Shown here piece by piece: positions 1 through 7,521 of a stretch of DNA of 10,594 bases. The stretch spans positions 1-10,594 of the forward strand of contig JAHQWH010000014.1 of NCBI GenBank assembly GCA_029856105.1, read 5' to 3'. This stretch comes from Promethearchaeia archaeon (GTDB lineage Archaea > Asgardarchaeota > Lokiarchaeia > Sigyniarchaeales > SOKP01). Below the pieces are notes generated by a model. The model made no database searches. It had not been told where the DNA came from and saw only the letters and a list, made by a program, of their open reading frames with translations. Made by a program: the position numbers and the translations under genes. Position 1 is the stretch's first letter. Each line of letters begins with the position of its first letter.

Positions 1-41
1 ATTTCCCATTTATTACAAGAAAAATGATTTTTGTAGATAAT

Positions 42-257
42 TTACAAAAATTCGGTTAGTAGAATTTTCTTATATTCTGAGTCTCTTTCTTCGAAAGGAA
101 TTTTTTCCATCCCTGTGTATACATCTAAGCAAGGATACTTTTGAAAAAAGTCTGAAAAGGGGATGATAGAGCGAGAAAGATCGAAAAAATCGTCATTTGG
201 TACGATATAAATATTTTTCTTAACAAGATGTTTTTTTTCTATAATTTCTAAACTCAT
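42..257 (-). CDS. Small hypothetical protein (71 aa from ATG at 257; the ORF track uses TTG at 278)
   Basis: Open frame MSLEIIEKKHLV...KKILLTEFL in a region not overlapped by other genes, with protein-like composition. No recognisable motif. Confidence 0.5.
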   Translation of the reverse strand: MSLEIIEKKHLVKKNIYIVPNDDFFDLSRSIIPFSDFFQKYPCLDVYTGMEKIPFEERDSEYKKILLTEFL

Positions 258-375
258 AGTTATAGATATAAAATTCAAGAATAATAAAAAAAGAGTCCCG
301 ACAAATTTAGTAATAAAAGTAAAATTGAGAGCTTTATGTTTATAATAAATTTCAACCTTTACATGTCAAGAAAGT

Positions 376-795
376 TCAATCAGGTATATATCTAAACATC
401 ATAAAGATGAAAGCAAATAAATATATATAAAAGGCGATCCATACTACAATTCCAATAATACCAATAACTAAACCTGCTTTAGCCATTCTAGGATCATCGT
501 CATTCCTTTTTCCAACAGCGCCAAGAACGATGCCAATGATGGAACCTACTATTGGAAGAACGCCAAATAATCCGAGTAGTCCACAGATGAGTGCTACTAT
601 TCCGTTTGTGTTATTACTTCTCGGACGATAATTATAATGTTGATCTTGGGGTTTTTGTTGGGAATAAGTTTGTGCGGAAATTTGAGCTTGAGTTGGTTGT
701 TGATATAATCGCTCTGATTTTAAATTATGACCACAATTAGGGCACACATTCCACGAAGCTACAATCTTTGTTCCACATTGAGGGCAAAAATTCAT
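376..795 (-). CDS. Zinc-ribbon and DUF4190-like membrane protein
   Basis: N-terminal CPQCG-x9-CPNCG zinc ribbon, Gln/Tyr/Pro-rich linker, then two Gly-rich hydrophobic segments (GIVALICGLLGLFGVLPIVGSIIGIVLGAVG; MAKAGLVIGIIGIVVWIAFYIYLFAFIFMMF) typical of DUF4190. Confidence 0.85.
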   Translation of the reverse strand: MNFCPQCGTKIVASWNVCPNCGHNLKSERLYQQPTQAQISAQTYSQQKPQDQHYNYRPRSNNTNGIVALICGLLGLFGVLPIVGSIIGIVLGAVGKRNDDDPRMAKAGLVIGIIGIVVWIAFYIYLFAFIFMMFRYIPD

Positions 796-866
796 AGAGA
801 TCAGTTCGGATTTTGTTGAAGTTGATTTTCGGAATCCTCTTCTTATGTTAAGTTATCAAGATCCCG

Positions 867-880
867 TATAAAAAGTTATG
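867..880 (-). promoter_or_regulatory. Putative archaeal BRE/TATA promoter for the zinc-ribbon/DUF4190 gene
   Basis: Minus strand reads CATAAC-TTTTTATA about 70 nt upstream of the ATG at 795. Confidence 0.45.
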
Positions 881-901
881 TGTTGAATATTTTATGTGTT
901 T

Positions 902-1396
902 CTACTTCGTTTTCTTCTCTTTATCTAACAATTTGACGAAAGAACTTCCTTCTTTAATTACATTTAAAATGATGTGAGTATTTGTCCGTTCTACATAAGG
1001 AGATGAGTGAAGTTTTTTAATCATTGCGCTTAACTCCGTTCGCGTTTTGAAGCGAGCAAAAACGAGGGCATCGTAATCTCCTGTGATATCGTAGACTCCA
1101 AAAACATTAGGATTCTCCGCGATATCTGTTTCTACTTCAATCATTTTACCTTTTGAAACAGTTATTTCTATTGTTGCAATAATATCGTACCCCAACTTTT
1201 CAAAATCAATATCAATCCCATACCCTTTGATAACACCTTGTTGTTCTAGTTCTTCTATATGTTTTTTAATAGTTACTGGGGATTTTTTTAATGTTTTAGC
1301 GATTTGATTAAAATTTTCCCGACTATTTTCGCTAAGAATTCCTAAAATATTAAGATCAATATCTTCACTTGAAGAAGGATGTTCCTTATCATTCAT
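902..1396 (-). CDS. Lrp/AsnC family transcriptional regulator
   Basis: N-terminal HTH (DIDLNILGILSENSRENFNQIAKTLKKSPVTIKKHIEELEQQGVIKGY), linker IDFEKLGY, and C-terminal RAM domain with VYDITGDYD and VERTNTHIILNVIKE, typical of archaeal Lrp proteins. Confidence 0.95.
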   Translation of the reverse strand: MNDKEHPSSSEDIDLNILGILSENSRENFNQIAKTLKKSPVTIKKHIEELEQQGVIKGYGIDIDFEKLGYDIIATIEITVSKGKMIEVETDIAENPNVFGVYDITGDYDALVFARFKTRTELSAMIKKLHSSPYVERTNTHIILNVIKEGSSFVKLLDKEKKTK

Positions 1397-1500
1397 ATTA
1401 AAAAAAATAGTAAGATTGAATTTTAAGATTATTTATTTTCTAATTAATCGATGTAATCAAAACAATCTTTAAATTTTAATGGAATTTAAAATTCTTTAAC

Positions 1501-1514
1501 CTAATCTTTTTATT
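1501..1514 (+). promoter_or_regulatory. Putative TATA box for the GH20 gene
   Basis: CTAATC-TTTTTATT about 45 nt upstream of the ATG at 1559. The AT-rich background limits certainty. Confidence 0.35.
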
Positions 1515-1558
1515 AATTCTATATCCAATTTTAAAAAATTCGAAGGAAGCCTTGTAAA

Positions 1559-3133
1559 ATGAGTCTAAAAGAACTTAACATAATCCCAGAACCCGTTAAC
1601 ATATCGCCAAAAGAGGGCACATTTACACTTAACAAAAATACTCTAATTTTGACGGATTTAAAATCAAAAGTAATCGCCGAGCAACTGAAGCAGATTTTAT
1701 TATCAACGCTCGGATTAAATATTGTTATAAAGGAAGATTTGCAAACTAAGGAAAACAATAATATAATTATTCTTAAAATAATTAATAACGAAAAACAGCT
1801 AAACCACGAAGGATACGCTTTAATAGTTTCACAGGATCATATTGAGATATCGGCTTCTACGCCAAATGGGGTTTTTTACGGCATTCAGACGATGCGACAG
1901 TTAATTCCAACCGATAAAATTGGGAGTAAAAACATAGATTTAGAAATTTCTATTCCGTGTGTTGTAATAGAGGATTATCCGCGATTCCAGTGGAGGGGAT
2001 TTATGCTAGATGTAGCCCGCCATTTCTTTGCCAAAGAGGAGATAAAAAAAGTACTCGACCTTATGGCTTTATTAAAATTAAACAAGTTTCACTTCCACCT
2101 TACTGATGATCAAGGGTGGAGGGTGGAAATCAAAAAATATCCCTTGCTCACAAAAATCGGCTCAAGACGGGAGGGGACAATAAAATTTGGACAAAAAGCA
2201 ATTGGGAAAAAAAAAGGATTTCCGATCGATGGGGTTCCCGTATTTGGTTATTACACACAACAAGATCTAAAGGAGTTGATTCAATATGCGGCTGAGCGAT
2301 TTATTACGATAATTCCAGAAATAGATTTTCCAGGACATACGATGGCGATTCTCGCGGCTTATCCCGAGCTGAGTTGTACTGGTGGACCGTTTAAAGTTAG
2401 TACTCGGTTTGGAATTTTAAAGGATGTATTTTGTATAGGAAAAGAAAAAGTATTTGAATTTACTCAAAATATTTTAACTGAAGTTATGGAGATTTTTCCA
2501 TCTGAAATAATCCATATGGGAGGAGATGAAGTACCTAGAATAAGATGGAAAAAATGTACTGATTGTCAGGCTCGTATTAAAAACGAAGGACTTGGAGATA
2601 CTAGAAACTTACAAGTATATTTTACTAATAGAATTGCCAATTACTTAGTTTCAAAAGGAAGGCGTTTAATGGGATGGAATGAAATTCTAAACGATAAACT
2701 TAACGAGAATGCGATATGTCACTATTGGAATGCAGATTTAAAGCAAGTTTTGGAGCTTGCGAGAAGAGGAAGGAATATAGTAATGTCTGAAATGTTAGCG
2801 GTTTATCTTAACCATCCTTATGTATTAATATCATTGGAATGCGCGTATAACTGGGACCCAATTCCGAACGAATTAGAAGTCAAATATCACGACAAGATTT
2901 TAGGTATAGAAGCGTGTCTATGGACGGAAATGGTTAAAAACGATTATAAGCTCGAATGGCAAACATTTCCGCGTTTAATTGCCATATCAGAAACGGGTTG
3001 GTCGCCTAAAAACAAGAAGAATTTTAAATCTTTTCAAAAACGATTAGAGAAATTCAATCAATGGCTTGATCTACTTGAAGTGAATTATGCTAAAAAAGAA
3101 GAATATTTGTTATATGAAAATCAATTTTATTGA
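1559..3133 (+). CDS. Beta-N-acetylhexosaminidase, glycoside hydrolase family 20 (GH20b + catalytic domain), no signal peptide
   Basis: IIPEP and EGYAL...GVFYGIQT in the N-terminal domain; DYPRFQWRGFMLDVARHF, HFHLTDDQGWR, IIPEIDFPGH; catalytic HMGGDEV (D323/E324 at 2525-2530); GIEACLWTE and FPRLIAISETGW. Confidence 0.97.
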   Translation: MSLKELNIIPEPVNISPKEGTFTLNKNTLILTDLKSKVIAEQLKQILLSTLGLNIVIKEDLQTKENNNIIILKIINNEKQLNHEGYALIVSQDHIEISASTPNGVFYGIQTMRQLIPTDKIGSKNIDLEISIPCVVIEDYPRFQWRGFMLDVARHFFAKEEIKKVLDLMALLKLNKFHFHLTDDQGWRVEIKKYPLLTKIGSRREGTIKFGQKAIGKKKGFPIDGVPVFGYYTQQDLKELIQYAAERFITIIPEIDFPGHTMAILAAYPELSCTGGPFKVSTRFGILKDVFCIGKEKVFEFTQNILTEVMEIFPSEIIHMGGDEVPRIRWKKCTDCQARIKNEGLGDTRNLQVYFTNRIANYLVSKGRRLMGWNEILNDKLNENAICHYWNADLKQVLELARRGRNIVMSEMLAVYLNHPYVLISLECAYNWDPIPNELEVKYHDKILGIEACLWTEMVKNDYKLEWQTFPRLIAISETGWSPKNKKNFKSFQKRLEKFNQWLDLLEVNYAKKEEYLLYENQFY

Positions 3134-3137
3134 TCAA

Positions 3138-3800
3138 TTAAAACTGTTTGCGCGCAAATATCGTAATGCTTAGTGCGAGTATGATTGTTGGTACGATAGA
3201 ACCTAAAAGTAAAGAATAAATAATAGGATCAATAAAATCTATGAGGAGCGTTGGTAAAATAGAAATTGCAGAAATTTGATTGCCTAAATAGACTGACAAT
3301 ATTGCTGCAACCGGAACAGATGAAACCATTACGCCAAAAAATATTCCAATAGAACAAGAAATTGCAATAGCTGCCAAACTTATTGATAGCGACTCTATTG
3401 TTTGATCTACAACATATTCAGGAAGAGTTCCAATAGTTAATTGATCAATAATAAGTCCGACTACAAGAGAAATACCTATGGCAATAATTAAACACAAATA
3501 CACGGCAAAAAATTTCGCTAAAAGTATATTTGTACGTCTAACTGGTCGAATTAAAAATAAATCGTAAACATGCCGTACTTTTTCACCCGCAATAGACGTA
3601 CTCAACATAGCAGAAGCAAGCATTCCACCAATGCTAGAAAATAGAAGTGCAACTATGGAAGAGATTGGAATATCTTCGACATCTGGGACGAGAAAATTGA
3701 ATATCAGCGATAACAAGGGCATTCCTACCCACAAAATAATCATTACTTTTGATTTATAGAATCCTTTCAATTCGTCTAAGAATAAAATCTTTAAACTCAT
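3138..3800 (-). CDS. ABC-2 type transporter permease
   Basis: About six hydrophobic segments; ABC-2 motif SIAGEKVRHVYDLFLIRPVRRTNILLAKF; ATGA overlap with the upstream ATPase; SD GAGGGTGAT at 3806-3814. Confidence 0.92.
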   Translation of the reverse strand: MSLKILFLDELKGFYKSKVMIILWVGMPLLSLIFNFLVPDVEDIPISSIVALLFSSIGGMLASAMLSTSIAGEKVRHVYDLFLIRPVRRTNILLAKFFAVYLCLIIAIGISLVVGLIIDQLTIGTLPEYVVDQTIESLSISLAAIAISCSIGIFFGVMVSSVPVAAILSVYLGNQISAISILPTLLIDFIDPIIYSLLLGSIVPTIILALSITIFARKQF

Positions 3801-4768
3801 CTAACATCACCCTCAATATATTTTAAATAGACTTCCTCTAAACTAGGCGTTATAATTCTAAAACTACGCATTTTAGAGTTGTGTTCTGTTATTGTCCTAA
3901 GTATCTTGTTAATTGTATCGTCTATATCAGCATCTACTTTTAAATGAGCAAGTTGTTTATTAGAAACGCCTATTTCGATTCTTTCGATTCCGTTTATATC
4001 CTCTAAATTTGGGCAAGGGTTTCCTCCTTTAATATATACAATTTCGATAATATTACCTATGTGGAACTCACTTTGTAGTTCATCAGGGGAGCCAATTTTA
4101 ATAATTCTGCCTTTATTTACTATACCGATCTTATTTGCGATATCTTGAATGTCAGTTAATATGTGAGAGGAAAATAATATGGTAATTCCCTTTTGGCTCA
4201 GATTTTTTATTAGGTTTTTTACTTGATACCTACTGCTTGGATCTAATCCAGATAAGGGCTCATCTAACACTAATATCTGCGGGTCGTTTAGAAGAGCTTG
4301 AGCTAATCTTAATTTCTGGATCATTCCTCCCGATAGATGAATTATCTTCTTATACCTTACATCTAGTAGGTTAACAAATTCTAATACTTCCTGAATTTTT
4401 GATTCGAGGCGAGGCAATTCTAAGCCCGATAAACGCCCAAATGTTCTTAGAGCGTGATTTATAGTGCGCCATCTTTGGAACCCCGCTTCTTGTGGATGAT
4501 AACCTAGTATTTTATATATCGCTTGGCGAGATTTAGCTATATTTTTCCCAGCGAGATACACATCTCCAGTATAATCTCTTATTAATCCTATTAGGATTTT
4601 AATTGTGGTAGTTTTTCCCGCTCCGTTAGGTCCAATATATCCAAACACATCTCCTTTGTTGATAGTTAAAGAAATTTTATCTAAAGCTAAAGTATTCTTA
4701 TAACTTTTTGATACAGTTTGAAATTCTATCAGTGCCTTTTTATTTTCAGCGTGATTTTGTCGATTCAT
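3797..4768 (-). CDS. ABC transporter ATP-binding protein (ABC-2/DrrA-type exporter)
   Basis: Walker A GPNGAGKTT, signature LSGGMIQKL, Walker B ILVLDEP, H-loop SSH, and C-terminal PSLEEVYLKY. Confidence 0.96.
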   Translation of the reverse strand: MNRQNHAENKKALIEFQTVSKSYKNTLALDKISLTINKGDVFGYIGPNGAGKTTTIKILIGLIRDYTGDVYLAGKNIAKSRQAIYKILGYHPQEAGFQRWRTINHALRTFGRLSGLELPRLESKIQEVLEFVNLLDVRYKKIIHLSGGMIQKLRLAQALLNDPQILVLDEPLSGLDPSSRYQVKNLIKNLSQKGITILFSSHILTDIQDIANKIGIVNKGRIIKIGSPDELQSEFHIGNIIEIVYIKGGNPCPNLEDINGIERIEIGVSNKQLAHLKVDADIDDTINKILRTITEHNSKMRSFRIITPSLEEVYLKYIEGDVR

Positions 4769-4831
4769 TACGTTGCCTTCTACTCTCTCAATGATATTTT
4801 TTGATCATCCTTATTTTAGTAAATAGAATGT

Positions 4832-4848
4832 ATAATAAATCTTTTACC
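4832..4848 (-). promoter_or_regulatory. Putative BRE/TATA promoter of the ABC operon
   Basis: Minus strand GGTAAAAG-A-TTTATTAT about 65 nt upstream of the ATG at 4768, a purine-rich BRE directly before a TATA-like box. Confidence 0.5.
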
Positions 4849-4910
4849 TTATTTTTTCTTTTTAAAAAAAACAACGCAATTAAGTAATTTACAAATGAAA
4901 AATCTCTACC

Positions 4911-5171
4911 GTGGTTGGACTTAAAAAAAACTTTGATTTTAAACATCCTATGTATAGTCTAAAAAGAAAATCTTACGAATATATTGTTCCTAATTTTTTT
5001 TATCGAAAGAAGGAGTGCTATGAGTGTGAACTAAAACATCATAAATTATTCTTGAGAGAATCTTATAATTACATAGAATTAGTCTGTAAAAGTTGTCTAA
5101 ATTACGAAACAACCTATCGAGATTTAAAATCAAATAAGTTTAGTAAAAAGAAAAATAAAATTGTTTTTTAA
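4911..5171 (+). CDS. Small basic Cys4 zinc-finger-like protein (start uncertain: GTG 4911, ATG 4950, or frameshifted ATG 4895)
   Basis: CYEC-x19-CKSC and a Lys-rich tail. It fills the gap between the ABC ATPase and the convergent gene ending at 5189. Confidence 0.6.
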   Translation: MVGLKKNFDFKHPMYSLKRKSYEYIVPNFFYRKKECYECELKHHKLFLRESYNYIELVCKSCLNYETTYRDLKSNKFSKKKNKIVF

Positions 5172-5188
5172 AGTAAAGATTACATTAA

Positions 5189-5755
5189 TTAAATTTTAGA
5201 GCCGCAATTTTCGCAAAACATAGATCCTTCTCGAAGTTGCTGGCCACAATAAACGCAATAAGTCTTTCCCTCTGTTGATAAGGGTTCTGCAAGATTCTTG
5301 GGTGGAGCTATGTAATTATCAATGGGAGCGTACACGACATTCTCTCCAAGGATAATCTCGCCAGTTTCAGAATTAAAACGATAACTAATAACTCCTTTTT
5401 GGCGCAAATCGATAAGAACCCGAAGTACATCTTTAGGTTTAATCCCGACTTCAAGCGCTATATCTTCCAACTTATGAGCTCCCTGATTACTACGGTCCAA
5501 TATTGCAACTCTTACTGCTTTTTTGAATTGATTGTTAGTGTAAATCTGTTGGAACCCTCCAATCATAATGAAAAAGGCAGGAATAAATAGCCAATAGCCC
5601 CAAGCTGATAACCCAATGAGATCAAAATTAATCGCTCTAAAAACTAACGACAAAATCGCAACGAATAAAAATACAAGCCCCGTTCCGAAAATGCTAATGG
5701 CAGCTTCATATTTCTTTTTAGAATAATAACGATGTTTATATTTTTCACTTGACAG
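5189..5755 (-). CDS. 2-TM + winged-helix (PCI-like) + C-terminal zinc-ribbon protein, 188 aa, probable CTG start
   Basis: The frame is open 34 codons upstream of the track's TTG (5653), adding SSEKYKHRYYSKKKYEAAISIFGTGLVFLFVAI, which completes the first TM helix. SD-like GAGAGTGA at 5762-5769. Winged helix KLEDIALEVGIKPKDVLRVLIDLRQKGVISYRFNSETGEII; zinc ribbon CVYCG-x9-CENCG. Confidence 0.8.
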   Translation of the reverse strand: MSSEKYKHRYYSKKKYEAAISIFGTGLVFLFVAILSLVFRAINFDLIGLSAWGYWLFIPAFFIMIGGFQQIYTNNQFKKAVRVAILDRSNQGAHKLEDIALEVGIKPKDVLRVLIDLRQKGVISYRFNSETGEIILGENVVYAPIDNYIAPPKNLAEPLSTEGKTYCVYCGQQLREGSMFCENCGSKI

Positions 5756-5927
5756 TTTTTTTCACTCTCTTTTCTTTTAATAAGAGATTCTTAAAATGTA
5801 AAATGATATAACATTATTAAAAAATATTGAGTCCAATTTTTATCGATTAAAAACGAAATAACTAACATGAATTTAATAGTTTACTACCATTAAAAAATAA
5901 AAGTTACCAAATCAGAAAGATGAAAAT

Positions 5928-6395
5928 ATGAGTAACCACGAATCCTTGAAAAACTTAAGATGTGTTAAATGCAATACACTGGAAAATTTGACTAATTTTT
6001 TGATTAAAAAGAAAGATATTACAAAATCAACTTTATCGTGTTCAAGAGTTCAATTTAACACTAGCACAGTTTCAAATACGATTCCTCTATGTAAACAATG
6101 CGTGAAAGAAGTAAAAAACTGGAAAAAACAAATCAATTTTGCGCAAATAGTTATTTCAATTGGAGCTATTATAACTGTTGTTAGCTTATTAGTTTTACTT
6201 AATAGCAGCAATGTTCTATTAATTCCATATGGTATTATAACTCTAATTCTTGGAGTTGCGTTATGGATATATTTACAATCCATAGATTCAAATATATTTA
6301 AATTTAAGAAAGCCAATTTTTACGTGAAGCCAGAAAATTCCTCGAATTGGATTTCATATAATGAATGGCTAATATATGCCCTTACAGATAGATAA
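5928..6395 (+). CDS. Cys4 zinc-finger + 2-TM hypothetical membrane protein
   Basis: CVKC (12-15) and PLCKQC (Cys 55/58) flanking a Ser/Thr-rich insert; two hydrophobic helices (about 71-91 and 96-116); C-terminal KPENSSNWISYNEW. Confidence 0.8.
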   Translation: MSNHESLKNLRCVKCNTLENLTNFLIKKKDITKSTLSCSRVQFNTSTVSNTIPLCKQCVKEVKNWKKQINFAQIVISIGAIITVVSLLVLLNSSNVLLIPYGIITLILGVALWIYLQSIDSNIFKFKKANFYVKPENSSNWISYNEWLIYALTDR

Positions 6396-6504
6396 TAAGA
6401 TTATTCTTATTTCATAAATGAATCGCAAGTTTAAAGAATAATAAAGAATAGTTCATTAACTTTAACTGAATAACTCGAGATTTAATTTATGGAATGAAAT
6501 AAAA

Positions 6505-7377
6505 ATGAATATTCAAAATATTGGAATTTTCTATTTTTCTGGAACGGGAAATACTAAATTAGTTGCAAATTTGTTTGCAGAGGAGTTCAAAAGGAAAGGG
6601 TTCAATACAAAGCTTATACCTATTGAGGATGTTTTAAATAAAAGGCTTGCGCTTTCTATGGGCGATTACGACCTTCTAGGTTTTGGACACCCTGTACATG
6701 CGTTTAGCGCTCCAAAAATATTTTTTGATTTTCTTGACAGGTTACCAAATGTAGTTGATAAAAAAACATTTACTTTCAAAACGGCTGGAGATCCGCTTTG
6801 TTATGGAGGGTCTACAAGCTTGGTTAGAAAACATCTTAGTAAAAAGGGGTATAAAGTATTTCATGAAAACTTGATTGTTATGCCTGCTAATATAATATTT
6901 AAATACGATAATTCTCTAATTAAACAGTTATACGAAGTAGCTGTTAAGAAGGTTAAAAGGAGGACCAAAGAAATACTATTGGCTAAGGTCAATCTTCAAA
7001 AAAATAGTTTATGGCTAAAAATTGGAACTTATATGTTCAATAAAGCAGAGAGTAGTGGAGCGTCTTATTTTGGCAAATATCTAACAGCAACAGACTCATG
7101 TAATTTATGTGGTAAATGTATAAGAGAATGTCCTACAGGAAACATATCAATAACTAGTGAGACAATAATATTTGGAAGTAAGTGCACTTTTTGTATGCGT
7201 TGTATTTATATTTGCCCGGAAAAGGCGATATCAAATAAATTTATGAATTTTTTTGTAATAAAAGAGGGATACACAATTCAAAATATAATTGACGACCCCG
7301 AGATTAAAGGAAATTACATCACTCACAAAACTAAAGGATATTTTAAGCATTTTTATAAGTACATGTCTGAATATTAA
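6505..7377 (+). CDS. EFR1-family flavodoxin-ferredoxin fusion
   Basis: Flavodoxin FMN loop FYFSGTGNT, LGFGHPVHAF and MPAN; two 4Fe-4S motifs CNLCGKCIRECP and CTFCMRCIYICP. Confidence 0.93.
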   Translation: MNIQNIGIFYFSGTGNTKLVANLFAEEFKRKGFNTKLIPIEDVLNKRLALSMGDYDLLGFGHPVHAFSAPKIFFDFLDRLPNVVDKKTFTFKTAGDPLCYGGSTSLVRKHLSKKGYKVFHENLIVMPANIIFKYDNSLIKQLYEVAVKKVKRRTKEILLAKVNLQKNSLWLKIGTYMFNKAESSGASYFGKYLTATDSCNLCGKCIRECPTGNISITSETIIFGSKCTFCMRCIYICPEKAISNKFMNFFVIKEGYTIQNIIDDPEIKGNYITHKTKGYFKHFYKYMSEY

Positions 7378-7496
7378 AATCCATTTTATTTTGATTCTTT
7401 TTTTAAAATAAAGTGTAAAGTAAGGCACTCTATTTTTATTATCTTTATTTTATGACATATTTTAAAAATCAATATTTCCTATATATTAAACGATTC

Positions 7497-7521
7497 AAAA
7501 TTAAAATTAAAATTAAAAATT
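7497..7521 (+). repeat. Short tandem repeat (AAAATT)x3 + AAAAATT upstream of the QueG-like gene
   Basis: Read directly: AAAATT AAAATT AAAATT AAAAATT, ending 16 nt before the ATG at 7538. Confidence 0.6.

Noticed and set aside
1-9. Possible minus-strand gene start ATG GGA AAT running off the left edge
   Set aside because: Only three codons are visible, so it cannot be supported.
1531-1758. 75-aa minus-strand ORF
   Set aside because: Antisense shadow of the GH20 gene, with no motif.
5399-5590. 63-aa plus-strand ORF
   Set aside because: Antisense shadow of the TM/winged-helix/zinc-ribbon gene.
5762-5779. Selenocysteine readthrough of the in-frame TGA upstream of the winged-helix gene, and of the terminal TGAs at 376-378, 3131-3133 and 8480-8482
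   Set aside because: An in-frame TAA lies five codons upstream with no start codon between. The other TGAs end complete proteins and are soon followed by further stops.
6050-6316. 88-aa minus-strand ORF
   Set aside because: Antisense to 5928-6395, which has the coherent domain architecture.
7231-7428. 65-aa minus-strand ORF
   Set aside because: Mostly antisense to the EFR1 gene, with a composition typical of AT-rich noise.
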